Assembly (NCBI GenBank): GCA_040954595.2
Contig: CM082594.2
Coordinates: 1,754,247 to 1,818,246, forward strand
Direction: 5' to 3'
Length of the DNA stretch: 64,000 nt
From: Balanoglossus misakiensis
Lineage: Eukaryota; Animalia; Hemichordata
A program made the translations under genes and the position numbers. This document shows, in pieces, positions 1 to 12,324 of the stretch. Below the pieces are notes generated by a model. The model did no database searches. It had not been told where the DNA came from and worked only from the letters and a program-made list of their open reading frames with translations. The first letter of the stretch is position 1. The number at the start of each line of letters is the position of its first letter.

Positions 1-78
1 AATATAATTAAAAATGGACGTTTACGATGACAAAAAGGAAGACTGTTTAATGCAAAAGTTAAGAAAAAGGAAAAATTC

Positions 79-198
79 AAGGCTACGGCACGTGGTATTC
101 CCAGGCGGTCACCCATCCAAGTACTAACCACGCCCAACGCACCTTAACTTCGGTGATCGGACGAGAACCGGTGTATTCGACGTGGTATGGCCGTAGGC
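79..198 (-). rRNA. RNA5S: 5S rRNA (variant C57G, G117C)
   Basis: Reverse complement GCCTACGGCCATACCACG...GATCACCGAAGTTAAG...TTAGTACTTGGATGGGTGACCGCCTGGGAATACC; box A/IE/box C present; T-run terminator downstream. Confidence 0.93.
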
Positions 199-1126
199 AA
201 ACACTGCTTGAATTTCTACAATTATTAAGCAAACGGAAGCTTCACTAACACATAGGCGTACACACAGAGCACGCGGCACGATAATTGTGTGCGTGGCCAG
301 CTGATTGACCATATAATTTATATGGGAGAGAGCGGTTTTGTCTTGTTATATCCTACAAAAAGTGACCATATTAAAGTGGAGAAATAATGACCTGATAATT
401 TGTGTGGCCGATCGACTGTCCCTATCTAAGGCCTATATTGGTATGTTATGCAAGACACACTATTCGAAATAACGCCTGTCCGACAGTCCGAGACTGGTTG
501 TTTTTCCATCAGACTGATAGTAAAAAAGTTACCAGTCCGGCGGACAGGTTGAATTTAGCGTGGAGTTGACTTGTTTGCGGTATCATAGACGTACGTGACC
601 CCATCGTGACCCTGGCTGTCCGGGATAGCACCACCAACGATATCTTTTAGACCATCCTCTGTTTATTAGCCCCCTATTGCAATTAATTACCGTCCCTATC
701 TTATATTGGAGGGAACGGGTTTGTTTTGGCATGTTATGCAAAACACTTGAAAGATGAATTTTTAAAAAAAAAAATGGCGTTTATGACATACAGATGTAAC
801 CGACCCCATAAGGTCCCAATGATATATATTTACATCATACACCAAATTGGACTTAAAAACCAAAAATTGAAAGCCGCTGGAGTTTCTGCGACTATGAACT
901 CAACGTAAGCTGGACACTACTCACTCCGAGCCCGACCTGGTAATTTGTATGTTGTCCATCGAGCGCCTATAGCTTAGACCTATACAGGAGAGAACGGTTT
1001 ATGAAGTTATGTTCAACAAAAATATATGATCATGGAATTAGAGAATTTGGACGAAAAAAAATATAATTAAAAATGGACGTTTACGACGACAAAAAGGAAG
1101 ACTGTTTAATGCAAAAGTTAAGAAAA

Positions 1127-1134
1127 AGGAAAAA
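1127..1134 (-). terminator. Pol III oligo-T terminator region (representative; present after every 5S copy)
   Basis: Sense strand ...GGCTT-GAA-TTTTT-CC-TTTTT; first T5 lies 3 nt past the mature 3' end. Confidence 0.75.
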
Positions 1135-1137
1135 TTC

Positions 1138-1257
1138 AAGCCTACGGCACGTGGTATTCCCAGGCGGTCACCCATCCAAGTACTAACCACGCCCAACGCA
1201 GCTTAACTTCGGTGATCGGACGAGAACCGGTGTATTCGACGTGGTATGGCCGTAGGC
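1138..1257 (-). rRNA. RNA5S: 5S rRNA (array consensus)
   Basis: 120 nt, helix I GCCUACGGC/GCCGUAGGC fully paired, intact internal control region. Confidence 0.97.
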
Positions 1258-1279
1258 AAACACTGCTTGAATTTCTACA

Positions 1280-1287
1280 ATTATTAA
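1280..1287 (-). promoter_or_regulatory. TATA-like element at -30 of 5S (representative)
   Basis: Sense TTAATAAT at -30..-23 in all full-length units; position typical of metazoan 5S upstream elements. Confidence 0.5.
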
Positions 1288-2194
1288 GCAAACGGAAGCT
1301 TCACTAACACATAGGCGTACACACAGAGCACGCGGCACGATAATTGTGTGCGTGGCCAGCTGATTGACCATATAATTTTTATGGGAGAGAGCGGTTTTGT
1401 CTTGTTATATCCTACAAAAAGTGACCATATTAAAGTGGAGAAATAATGACCTGATAATTTGTGTGGCCGATCGACCGTCCCTATCTAAGGCCTATATTGG
1501 TATGTTATGCAAGACACACTATTCGAAATAACGCCTGTCCGACAGTCCGAGACTGGTTGTTTTTCCATCAGACTGATAGTAAAAAAGTTACCAGTCCGGC
1601 GGACAGGTTGAATTTAGCGTGGAGTTGACTTGTTTGCGGTATCATAGACGTACGTGACCCCATCGTGACCCTGGCTGTCCGGGATAGCACCACCAACGAT
1701 ATCTTTTAGACCATCCTCTGTTTATTAGCCCCCTATTGCAATTAATTACCGTCCCTATCTTATATTGGAGGGAACGGGTTTGTCTTGGCATGTTATGCAA
1801 AACACTTGAAAGATGAATTTTTTTTAAAAAAATGACGTTTATGACATACAGATGTAACCGACCCCATCAGGTCCCAATGATATATATTTACATCATACAC
1901 CAAATTGGACTTAAAAACCAAAAATTGAAAGCCGCTGGAGTTTCTGCGACTATGAACTCAACGTAAGCTGGACACTACTCACTCCGAGCCCGACCTGGTA
2001 ATTTGTATGTTGTCCATCGAGCGCCTATAGCTTAGACCTATACAGGAGAGAACGGTTTATGAAGTTATGTTCAACAAAAATATATGATCATGGAATTAGA
2101 GAATTTGGAGAAAAAAAATATAATTAAAAATGGACGTTTACGACGACAAAAAGGAAGACTGTTTAATGCAAAAGTTAAGAAAAAGGAAAAATTC

Positions 2195-2314
2195 AAGCCT
2201 ACGGCACGTGGTATTCCCAGGCGGTCACCCATCCAAGTACTAACCACGCCCAACGCAGCTTAACTTCGGTGATCGGACGAGAACCGGTGTATTCGACGTG
2301 GTATGGCCGTAGGC
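2195..2314 (-). rRNA. RNA5S: 5S rRNA (consensus)
   Basis: Identical to consensus copy. Confidence 0.97.
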
Positions 2315-3252
2315 AAACACTGCTTGAATTTCTACAATTATTAAGCAAACGTAAGCTTCACTAACACATAGGCGTACACACAGAGCACGCGGCACGATAA
2401 TTGTGTGCGTGGCCAGCTGATTGACCATATAATTTATATGGGAGAGAGCGGTTTTGTCTTGTTATATCCTACAAAAAGTGACCATATTAAAGTGGAGAAA
2501 TAATGACCTGATAATTTGTGTGGCCGATCGACCGTCCCTATCTAAGGCCTATATTGGTATGTTATGCAAGACACACTATTCGAAATAACGCCTGTCCGAC
2601 AGTCCGAGACTGGTTGTTTTTCCATCAGACTGATAGTAAAAAAGTTACCAGTCCGGCGGACAGGTTGAATTTAGCGTGGAGTTGACTTGTTTGCGGTATC
2701 ATAGACGTACGTGACCCCATCGTGACCCTGGCTGTCCGGGATAGCACCACCAACGATATCTTTTAGACCATCCTCTGTTTATTAGCCCCCTATTGCAATT
2801 AATTACCGTCCCTATCTTATATTGGAGGGAACGGGTTTGTCTTGGCATGTTATGCAAAACACTTGAAAGATGATTTTTTTTTTTAAAAAATGACGTTTAT
2901 GACATACAGATGTAACTGACCCCATAAGGTCCCAATGATATATATTTACATCATACACCAAATTGGACTTAAAAACCAAAAATTGAAAGCCGCTGGAGTT
3001 TCTGCGACTATGAACTCAACGTAAGCTGGACACTACTCACTCCGAGCCCGACCTGGTAATTTGTATGTTGTCCATCGAGCGCCTATAGCTTAGACCTATA
3101 CAGGAGAGAACGGTTTATGAAGTTATGTTCAACAAATATATATGATCATGGAATTAGAGAATTTGGAGAAAAAAAATATAATTAAAAATGGACGTTTACG
3201 ACGACAAAAAGGAAGACTGTTTAATGCAAAAGTTAAGAAAAAGGAAAAATTC

Positions 3253-3372
3253 AAGGCTACGGCACGTGGTATTCCCAGGCGGTCACCCATCCAAGTACTA
3301 ACCACGCCCAACGCACCTTAACTTCGGTGATCGGACGAGAACCGGTGTATTCGACGTGGTATGGCCGTAGGC
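3253..3372 (-). rRNA. RNA5S: 5S rRNA (variant C57G, G117C)
   Basis: Same variant as 79-198, 3174 bp away. Confidence 0.93.
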
Positions 3373-4311
3373 AAACACTGCTTGAATTTCTACAATTATT
3401 AAGCAAACGGAAGCTTCACTAACACATAGGCGTACACACAGAGCACGCGGCACGATAATTGTGTGCGTGGCCAGCTGATTGACCATATAATTTATATGGG
3501 AGAGAGCGGTTTTGTCTTGTTATATCCTACAAAAAGTGACCATATTAAAGTGGAGAAATAATGACCTGATAATTTGTGTGGCCGATCGACTGTCCCTATC
3601 TAAGGCCTATATTGGTATGTTATGCAAGACACACTATTCGAAATAACGCCTGTCCGACAGTCCGAGACTGGTTGTTTTTCCATCAGACTGATAGTAAAAA
3701 AGTTACCAGTCCGGCGGACAGGTTGAATTTAGCGTGGAGTTGACTTGTTTGCGGTATCATAGACGTACGTGACCCCATCGTGACCCTGGCTGTCCGGGAT
3801 AGCACCACCAACGATATCTTTTAGACCATCCTCTGTTTATTAGCCCCCTATTGCAATTAATTACCGTCCCTATCTTATATTGGAGGGAACGGGTTTGTTT
3901 TGGCATGTTATGCAAAACACTTGAAAGATGAATTTTTAAAAAAAAAAATGGCGTTTATGACATACAGATGTAACCGACCCCATAAGGTCCCAATGATATA
4001 TATTTACATCATACACCAAATTGGACTTAAAAACCAAAAATTGAAAGCCGCTGGAGTTTCTGCGACCATGAACTCAACGTAAGCTGGACACTACTCACTC
4101 CGAGCCCGACCTGGTAATTTGTATGTTGTCCATCGAGCGCCTATAGCTTAGACCTATACAGGAGAGAACGGTTTATGAAGTTATGTTCAACAAAAATATA
4201 TGATCATGGAATTAGAGAATTTGGACGAAAAAAAATATAATTAAAAATGGACGTTTACGACGACAAAAAGGAAGACTGTTTAATGCAAAAGTTAAGAAAA
4301 AGGAAAAATTC

Positions 4312-4431
4312 AAGCCTACGGCACGTGGTATTCCCAGGCGGTCACCCATCCAAGTACTAACCACGCCCAACGCAGCTTAACTTCGGTGATCGGACGAGAA
4401 CCGGTGTATTCGACGTGGTATGGCCGTAGGC
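4312..4431 (-). rRNA. RNA5S: 5S rRNA (consensus)
   Basis: Identical to consensus copy. Confidence 0.97.
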
Positions 4432-5368
4432 AAACACTGCTTGAATTTCTACAATTATTAAGCAAACGGAAGCTTCACTAACACATAGGCGTACACACAG
4501 AGCACGCGGCACGATAATTGTGTGCGTGGCCAGCTGATTGACCATATAATTTTTATGGGAGAGAGCGGTTTTGTCTTGTTATATCCTACAAAAAGTGACC
4601 ATATTAAAGTGGAGAAATAATGACCTGATAATTTGTGTGGCCGATCGACCGTCCCTATCTAAGGCCTATATTGGTATGTTATGCAAGACACACTATTCGA
4701 AATAACGCCTGTCCGACAGTCCGAGACTGGTTGTTTTTCCATCAGACTGATAGTAAAAAAGTTACCAGTCCGGCGGACAGGTTGAATTTAGCGTGGAGTT
4801 GACTTGTTTGCGGTATCATAGACGTACGTGACCCCATCGTGACCCTGGCTGTCCGGGATAGCACCACCAACGATATCTTTTAGACCATCCTCTGTTTATT
4901 AGCCCCCTATTGCAATTAATTACCGTCCCTATCTTATATTGGAGGGAACGGGTTTGTCTTGGCATGTTATGCAAAACACTTGAAAGATGAATTTTTTTTA
5001 AAAAAATGACGTTTATGACATACAGATGTAACCGACCCCATCAGGTCCCAATGATATATATTTACATCATACACCAAATTGGACTTAAAAACCAAAAATT
5101 GAAAGCCGCTGGAGTTTCTGCGACTATGAACTCAACGTAAGCTGGACACTACTCACTCCGAGCCCGACCTGGTAATTTGTATGTTGTCCATCGAGCGCCT
5201 ATAGCTTAGACCTATACAGGAGAGAACGGTTTATGAAGTTATGTTCAACAAAAATATATGATCATGGAATTAGAGAATTTGGAGAAAAAAAATATAATTA
5301 AAAATGGACGTTTACGACGACAAAAAGGAAGACTGTTTAATGCAAAAGTTAAGAAAAAGGAAAAATTC

Positions 5369-5488
5369 AAGCCTACGGCACGTGGTATTCCCAGGCGGTC
5401 ACCCATCCAAGTACTAACCACGCCCAACGCAGCTTAACTTCGGTGATCGGACGAGAACCGGTGTATTCGACGTGGTATGGCCGTAGGC
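5369..5488 (-). rRNA. RNA5S: 5S rRNA (consensus)
   Basis: Identical to consensus copy. Confidence 0.97.
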
Positions 5489-6425
5489 AAACACTGCTTG
5501 AATTTCTACAATTATTAAGCAAACGTAAGCTTCACTAACACATAGGCGTACACACAGAGCACGCGGCACGATAATTGTGTGCGTGGCCAGCTGATTGACC
5601 ATATAATTTATATGGGAGAGAGCGGTTTTGTCTTGTTATATCCTACAAAAAGTGACCATATTAAAGTGGAGAAATAATGACCTGATAATTTGTGTGGCCG
5701 ATCGACCGTCCCTATCTAAGGCCTATATTGGTATGTTATGCAAGACACACTACTCCAAATAACGCCTGTCCGACAGTCCGAGACTGGTTGTTTTTCCATC
5801 AGACTGATAGTAAAAAAGTTACCAGTCCGGCGGACAGGTTGAATTTAGCGTGGAGTTGACTTGTTTGCGGTATCATAGACGTACGTGACCCCATCGTGAC
5901 CCTGGCTGTCCGGGATAGCACCACCAACGATATCTTTTAGACCATCCTCTGTTTATTAGCCCCCTATTGCAATTAATTACCGTCCCTATCTTATATTGGA
6001 GGGAACGGGTTTGTCTTGGCATGTTATGCAAAACACTTGAAAGATGATTTTTTTTTTAAAAAATGACGTTTATGACATACAGATGTAACTGACCCCATAA
6101 GGTCCCAATGATATATATTTACATCATACACCAAATTGGACTTAAAAACCAAAAATTGAAAGCCGCTGGAGTTTCTGCGACTATGAACTCAACGTAAGCT
6201 GGACACTACTCACTCCGAGCCCGACCTGGTAATTTGTATGTTGTCCATCGAGCGCCTATAGCTTAGAATTATACAGGAGAGAACGGTTTATGAAGTTATG
6301 TTCAACAAAAATATATGATCATGGAATTAAAGAATTTGGAGAAAAAAAATATAATTAAAAATGGACGTTTACGACGACAAAAAGGAAGACTGTTTAATGC
6401 AAAAGTTAAGAAAAAGGAAAAATTC

Positions 6426-6545
6426 AAGCCTACGGCACGTGGTATTCCTAGGCGGTCACCCATCCAAGTACTAACCACGCCCAACGCAGGTTAACTTCGG
6501 TGATCGGACGAGAACCGGTGTATTCGACGTGGTATGGCCGTAGGC
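6426..6545 (-). rRNA. RNA5S: 5S rRNA (variant G56C, G97A)
   Basis: Full length, two substitutions. Confidence 0.92.
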
Positions 6546-7482
6546 AAACACTGCTTGAATTTCTACAATTATTAATCAAACGGAAGCTTCACTAACACAT
6601 AGGCGTACACACAGAGCACGCGGCACGATAATTGTGTGCGTGGCCAGCTGATTGACCATATAATTTATATGGGAGAGAGCGGTTTTGTCTTGTTATATCC
6701 TACAAAAAGTGACCATATTAAAGTGGAGAAATAATGACCTGATAATTTGTGTGGCCGATCGACTGTCCCTATCTAAGGCCTATATTGGTATGTTATGCAA
6801 GACACACTATTCGAAATAACGCCTGTCCGACAGTCCGAGACTGGTTGTTTTTCCATCAGACTGATAGTAAAAAAGTTACCAGTCCGGCGGACAGGTTGAA
6901 TTTAGCGTGGAGTTGACTTGTTTGCGGTATCATAGACGTACGTGACCCCATCGTGACCCTGGCTGTCCGGGATAGCACCACCAACGATATCTTTTAGACC
7001 ATCCTCTGTTTATTAGCCCCTATTGCAATTAATTACCGTCCCTATCTTATATTGGAGGGAACGGGTTTGTCTTGGCATGTTATGCAAAACACTTGAAAGA
7101 TGAATTTTTTTTAAAAAAAATGACGTTTATGACATACAGATGTAACCGACCCCATAAGGTCCCAATGATATATATTTACATCATACACCAAATTGGACTT
7201 AAAAACCAAAAATTGAAAGCCGCTGGAGTTTCTGCGACTATGAACTCAACGTAAGCTGGACACTACTCACTCCGAGCCCGACCTGGTAATTTGTATGTTG
7301 TCCATCGAGCGCCTATAGCTTAGACCTATACAGGAGAGAACGGTTTATGAAGTTATGTTCAACAAAAATATATGATCATGGAATTAGAGAATTTGGAGAA
7401 AAAAAATATAATTAAAAATGGACGTTTACGACGACAAAAAGGAAGACTGTTTAATGCAAAAGTTAAGAAAAAGGAAAAATTC

Positions 7483-7602
7483 AAGCCTACGGCACGTGGT
7501 ATTCCCAGGCGGTCACCCATCCAAGTACTAACCACGCCCAACGCAGCTTAACTTCAGTGATCGGACGAGAACCGGTGTATTCGACGTGGTATGGCCGTAG
7601 GC
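7483..7602 (-). rRNA. RNA5S: 5S rRNA (variant C47T)
   Basis: Full length, one substitution. Confidence 0.94.
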
Positions 7603-8548
7603 CAACACTGCTTGAATTTCTACAATTATTAAGCAAACGGACGCTTCACTAAGACATAGGCGTACACACAGAGCACGCGGCACGATAATTGTGTGCGTGG
7701 CCAGCTGATTGACCGACCCGATCTTATAATTTATATGGGAGAGAGCGGTTTTGTCTTGTTATATCCTACAAAAAGTGACCATATTAAAGTGGAGAAATAA
7801 TGACCTGATAATTTGTGTGGCCGATCGACCGTCCCTATCTAAGGCCTATATTGGTATGTTATGCAAGACACACTATTCGAAATAACGCCTGTCCGACAGT
7901 CCGAGACTGGTTGTTTTTCCATCAGACTGATAGTAAAAAAGTTACCAGTCCGGCGGACAGGTTGAATTTAGCGTGGAGTTGACTTGTTTGCGGTATCATA
8001 GACGTACGTGACCCCATCGTGACCCTGGCTGTCCGGGATAGCACCACCAACGATATCTTTTAGACCATCCTCTGTTTATTAGCCCCCTATTGCAATTAAT
8101 TACCGTCCCTATCTTATATTGGAGGGAACGGGTTTGTCTTGGCATGTTATGCAAAACACTTGAAAGATGATTTTTTTTTTAAAAAAATGACGTTTATGAC
8201 ATACAGATGTAACTGACCCCATAAGGTCCCAATGATATATATTTACATCATACACCAAATTGGACTTAAAAACCAAAAATTGAAAGCCGCTGGAGTTTCT
8301 GCGACTATGAACTCACGTAAGCTGGACACTACTCACTCCGAGCCCGACCTGGTAATTTGTATGTTGTCCATCGAGCGCCTATAGCTTAGACCTATACAGG
8401 AGAGAACGGTTTATGAAGTTATGTTCAACAAAAATATATGATCATGGAATTAAAGAATTTGGAGAAAAAAAATATAATTAAAAATGGACGTTTACGACGA
8501 CAAAAAGGAAGACTGTTTAATGCAAAAGTTAAGAAAAAGGAAAAATTC

Positions 8549-8668
8549 AAGCCTACGGCACGTGGTATTCCCAGGCGGTCACCCATCCAAGTACTAACCA
8601 CGCCCAACGCAGCTTAACTTCGGTGATCGGACGAGAACCGGTGTATTCGACGTGGTATGGCCGTAGGC
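8549..8668 (-). rRNA. RNA5S: 5S rRNA (consensus)
   Basis: Identical to consensus copy. Confidence 0.97.
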
Positions 8669-8938
8669 AAACACTGCTTGAATTTCTACAATTATTAAGC
8701 GAACGGAAGCTTCACTAACACATAGGCGTACACACAGAGCACGCGGCACGATAATTGTGTGCGTGGCCAGCTGATTGACCGACCCTATCTTATAATTTAT
8801 ATGGGAGAGAGCGGTTTTGTCTTGTTATATCCTACAAAAAGTGACCATATTAAAGTGGAGAAATAATGACCTGATAATTTGTGTGGCCGATCGACCGTCC
8901 CTATGTAAGGCCTATATTGGTATGTTATGCAAGACACA

Positions 8939-9277
8939 ACTTCCGCCGCCGTTAAAAAAATATTTGTGCTTGTCGAAAAAAAAGTTTCACTGTTCCCTAA
9001 AAAGTTACAAAGTAGCACTTGAAAAAAATAATAGCGCCCCCATGAAAAAGTTTGTCAGTAGCAATAGAAAGAGCGCCCCCATAAGTTGTGTAACTAGAAA
9101 TTATATTAAAATATATTTACATCTGTAAAATACAATTTTCACCCGCGAAAAGTAATGTTACTTAAAAAAAGTTTTACAAAATTAACTATTTCTTTCTGAA
9201 AATAAAAAAATTCTATGTAGTATAGATAATATTTTATCTCAAGTGTTAGAAGTTTATTTGGGAAAAAAATCTTAAAA
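8939..9277. mobile_element. Inserted ~340-bp fragment of the IS3EU-like element left inverted repeat/promoter at the first inversion junction
   Basis: Reverse complement of ~45881-46222 (about 2 differences by eye); same orientation as 60192-60440. Confidence 0.92.
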
Positions 9278-9579
9278 TCGGACTGTCGGACAGGCGTTAT
9301 TTGGAATAGTGTGTCTTGCATAACATACCAATATAGGCCTTAGATAGGGACGGTCGATCGGCCACACAAATTATCAGGTCATTATTTCTCCACTTTAATA
9401 TGGTCACTTTTTGTAGGATATAACAAGACAAAACCGCTCTCTCCCATATAAATTATAAGATAGGGTCGGTCAATCAGCTGGCCACGCACACAATTATCGT
9501 GCCGCGTGCTCTGTGTGTACGCCTATGTGTTAGTGAAGCTTCCGTTTGCTTAATAATCGTAGAAATTCAAGCAGTGTTT

Positions 9580-9699
9580 GCCTACGGCCATACCACGTCG
9601 AATACACCGGTTCTCGTCCGATCACCGAAGTTAAGCTGCGTTGGACGTGGTTAGTACTTGGATGGGTGACCGCCTGGGAATACCACGTGCCGTAGGCTT
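9580..9699 (+). rRNA. RNA5S: 5S rRNA (variant G66A)
   Basis: GCCTACGGCCATACC...CCGTAGGCTT, 120 nt. Confidence 0.94.
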
Positions 9700-10894
9700 G
9701 AATTTTTCCTTTTTCTTAACTTTTGCATTAAACAGTCTTCCTTTTTGTCGTCGTAAACGTCCATTTTTAATTATTTTTTTTTCTCCAAATTCTTTAATTC
9801 CATGATCATATATTTTTGTTGAACATAACTTCATAAACCGTTCTCTCCTGTATAGGTCTAAGCTATAGGCGCTCGATGGACAACATACAAATTACCAGGT
9901 CGGGCTCGGAGTGAGTAGTGTCCAGCTTACGTTGAGTTCATTGTCGCAGAAATTCAAGCAGTCTTCATTACATTGTTTTTAAACTTTCCTATTAGGCCTA
10001 AATAGTCTATTTATTATTTGTCGTCATATACATCAACTTCTTTCTTTCTTTAAATTCATGATTTCTATAACTAACTCAAATCCACGATCATTCAAGTTTT
10101 TTTTTTTTTTGCAGAACATAGCAAAACAAAACCGTTCGCTCTCGTGCTGTTTGCGTGTGTTAGTACTAGGCTAAAGCTTCGTTTGGGTAAATAGTCGCAG
10201 AAACTCCCGCGGCTTTCAATTTTTGGTTTTTAAGTCCAATTTGGTGTATGATGTTAATATACCATTGGGACCCTATGGGGTCGGTTACATCTGTATGTCA
10301 TAAACGTCATTTTTTTAAAACAAAATTCATCTTTCAAGTGTTTTGCATAACATGCCAAGACAAACCCGTTCCCTCCAATATAAGATAGGGACGGTAATTA
10401 ATTGCAATAGGGGCCTAATAAACAGAGGATGGTCTAAAAGATATCGTTGGTGGTGCTATCCCGGACAGCCAGGGTCACGATGGGGTCACGTACATCTATG
10501 ATACCGCAAACAAGTCAACTCCACGCTAAATTCAACCTGTCCGCCGGACTGGTAACTTTTTTACTATCAGTCTGATGGAAAAACAACCAGTCTCGGACTG
10601 TCGGACAGGCGTTATTTCGAATAGTGTGTCTTGCATAACATACCAATATAGGCCTTAGATAGGGACGGTCGATCGGCCACACAAATTATCAGGTCATTAT
10701 TTCTCCACTTTAATATGGTCACTTTTTGTAGGATATAACAAGACAAAACCGCCCTCTCCCATATAAATTATAAGATAGGGCCGGTCAATCAGCTGGCCAC
10801 GCACACAATTATCGTGCCGCGTGCTCTGTGTGTACGCCTATGTGTTAGTGAAGCTTCCGTTTGCTTAATAATTGTAGAAATTCAAGCAGTGTTT

Positions 10895-11014
10895 GCCTAC
10901 GGCCATACCACGTCGAATACACCGGTTCTCGTCCGATCACCGAAGTTAAGCTGCGTTGGGCGTGCTTAGTACTTGGATGGGTGACCGCCTGGGAATACCA
11001 CGTGCCGTAGGCTT
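10895..11014 (+). rRNA. RNA5S: 5S rRNA (variant G71C)
   Basis: Full length; GGGCGTGCTTAG. Confidence 0.93.
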
Positions 11015-12204
11015 GAATTTTTCCTTTTTCTTAACTTTTGCATTAAACAGTCTTCCTTTTTGTCGTCGTAAACGTCCATTTTTAATTATTTTTTTTCTCC
11101 AAATTCTTTAATTCCATGATCATATATGTTTGTTGAACATAAATTCATAAACCGTTCTCTCCTGTATAGGTCTAAGCTATAGGCGCTCGATGGACAACAT
11201 ACAAATTACCAGGTCGGGCTCGGAGTGAGTAGTGTCCAGCTTACGTTGAGTTCATTGTCGCAGAAATTCAAGCAGTCTTTATTACAATGTTTTTAAACTT
11301 TCCTATTAGGCCTAAATAGTCTATTTATTATTTGTCGTCATATACATCAACTTCTTTCTTTCTTTAAATTCATGATTTCTATAACTACCTCAATTCCACG
11401 ATCATTCAAGTTTTTTTTTTTGCAGAACATAGCAAAACAAAACCGTTCGCACTCGTGCTGTTTGCGTGTGTTAGTACTAGGCTAAAGCTTCGTTTGGGTA
11501 AATAGTCGCAGAAACTCCCGCGGCTTTCAATTTTTGGTTTTTAAGTCCAATTTGGTGTATGATGTTAATATACCATTGGGACCTTATGGGGTCGGTTAAA
11601 TCTGTATGTCATAAACGTCATTTAAAAAAAAAAAATTCATCTTTCAAGTGTTTTGCATAACATGCCAAGACAAACCCGTTTCCTCCAATATAAGATAGGG
11701 ACGGTAATTAATTGCAATAGGGGCCTAATAAACAGAGGATGGTCTAAAAGATATCGTTGGTGGTGCTATCCCGGACAGCCAGGGTCACGATGGGGTCACG
11801 TACATCTATGATACCGCAAACAAGTCAACTCCACGCTAAATTCAACCTGTCCGCCGGACTGGTAACTTTTTTACTATCAGTCTGATGGAAAAACAACCAG
11901 TCTCGGACTGTCGGACAGGCGTTATTTCGAATAGTGTGTCTTGCATAACATACCAATATAGGCCTTAGATAGGGACGGTCGATCGGCCACACAAATTATC
12001 AGGTCATTATTTCTCCACTTTAATATGGTCACTTTTTGTAGGATATAACAAGACAAAACCGCTCTCTCCCATATAAATTATAAGATCGGGTCGGTCAATC
12101 AGCTGGCCACGCACACAATTATCGTGCCGCGTGCTCTGTGTGTACGCCTATGTGTTAGTGAAGCTTCCGTTTGCTTAATAATCGTAGAAATTCAAGCAGT
12201 GTTT

Positions 12205-12324
12205 GCCTACGGCCATACCACGTCGAATACACCGGTTCTCGTCCGATCACCGAAGTTAAGCTGCGTTGGGCGTGCTTAGTACTTGGATGGGTGACCGCCT
12301 GGGAATACCACGTGCCGTAGGCTT
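12205..12324 (+). rRNA. RNA5S: 5S rRNA (variant G71C)
   Basis: Full length. Confidence 0.93.

Larger units (their letters stand above)
1..8938 (-). repeat. 5S rDNA array block 1: short (~1058 bp) units, 9 genes, minus strand
   Basis: Near-identical unit repeated every ~1057-1066 bp, each containing a 120-nt 5S gene on the minus strand; array runs off the left edge. Confidence 0.97.

Noticed and set aside
8939-9277. Independent MITE insertion
   Set aside because: No own TIRs or TSD; it is an internal piece of the larger element's end at an inversion breakpoint
11212-11262. tRNA/SINE-like A and B boxes in spacer (GGGCTCGGAGTGAG...GAGTTCAT)
   Set aside because: No cloverleaf, poor B box, and explained as a degenerate 5S flank copy; no U snRNA or histone gene was recognised in the spacer either
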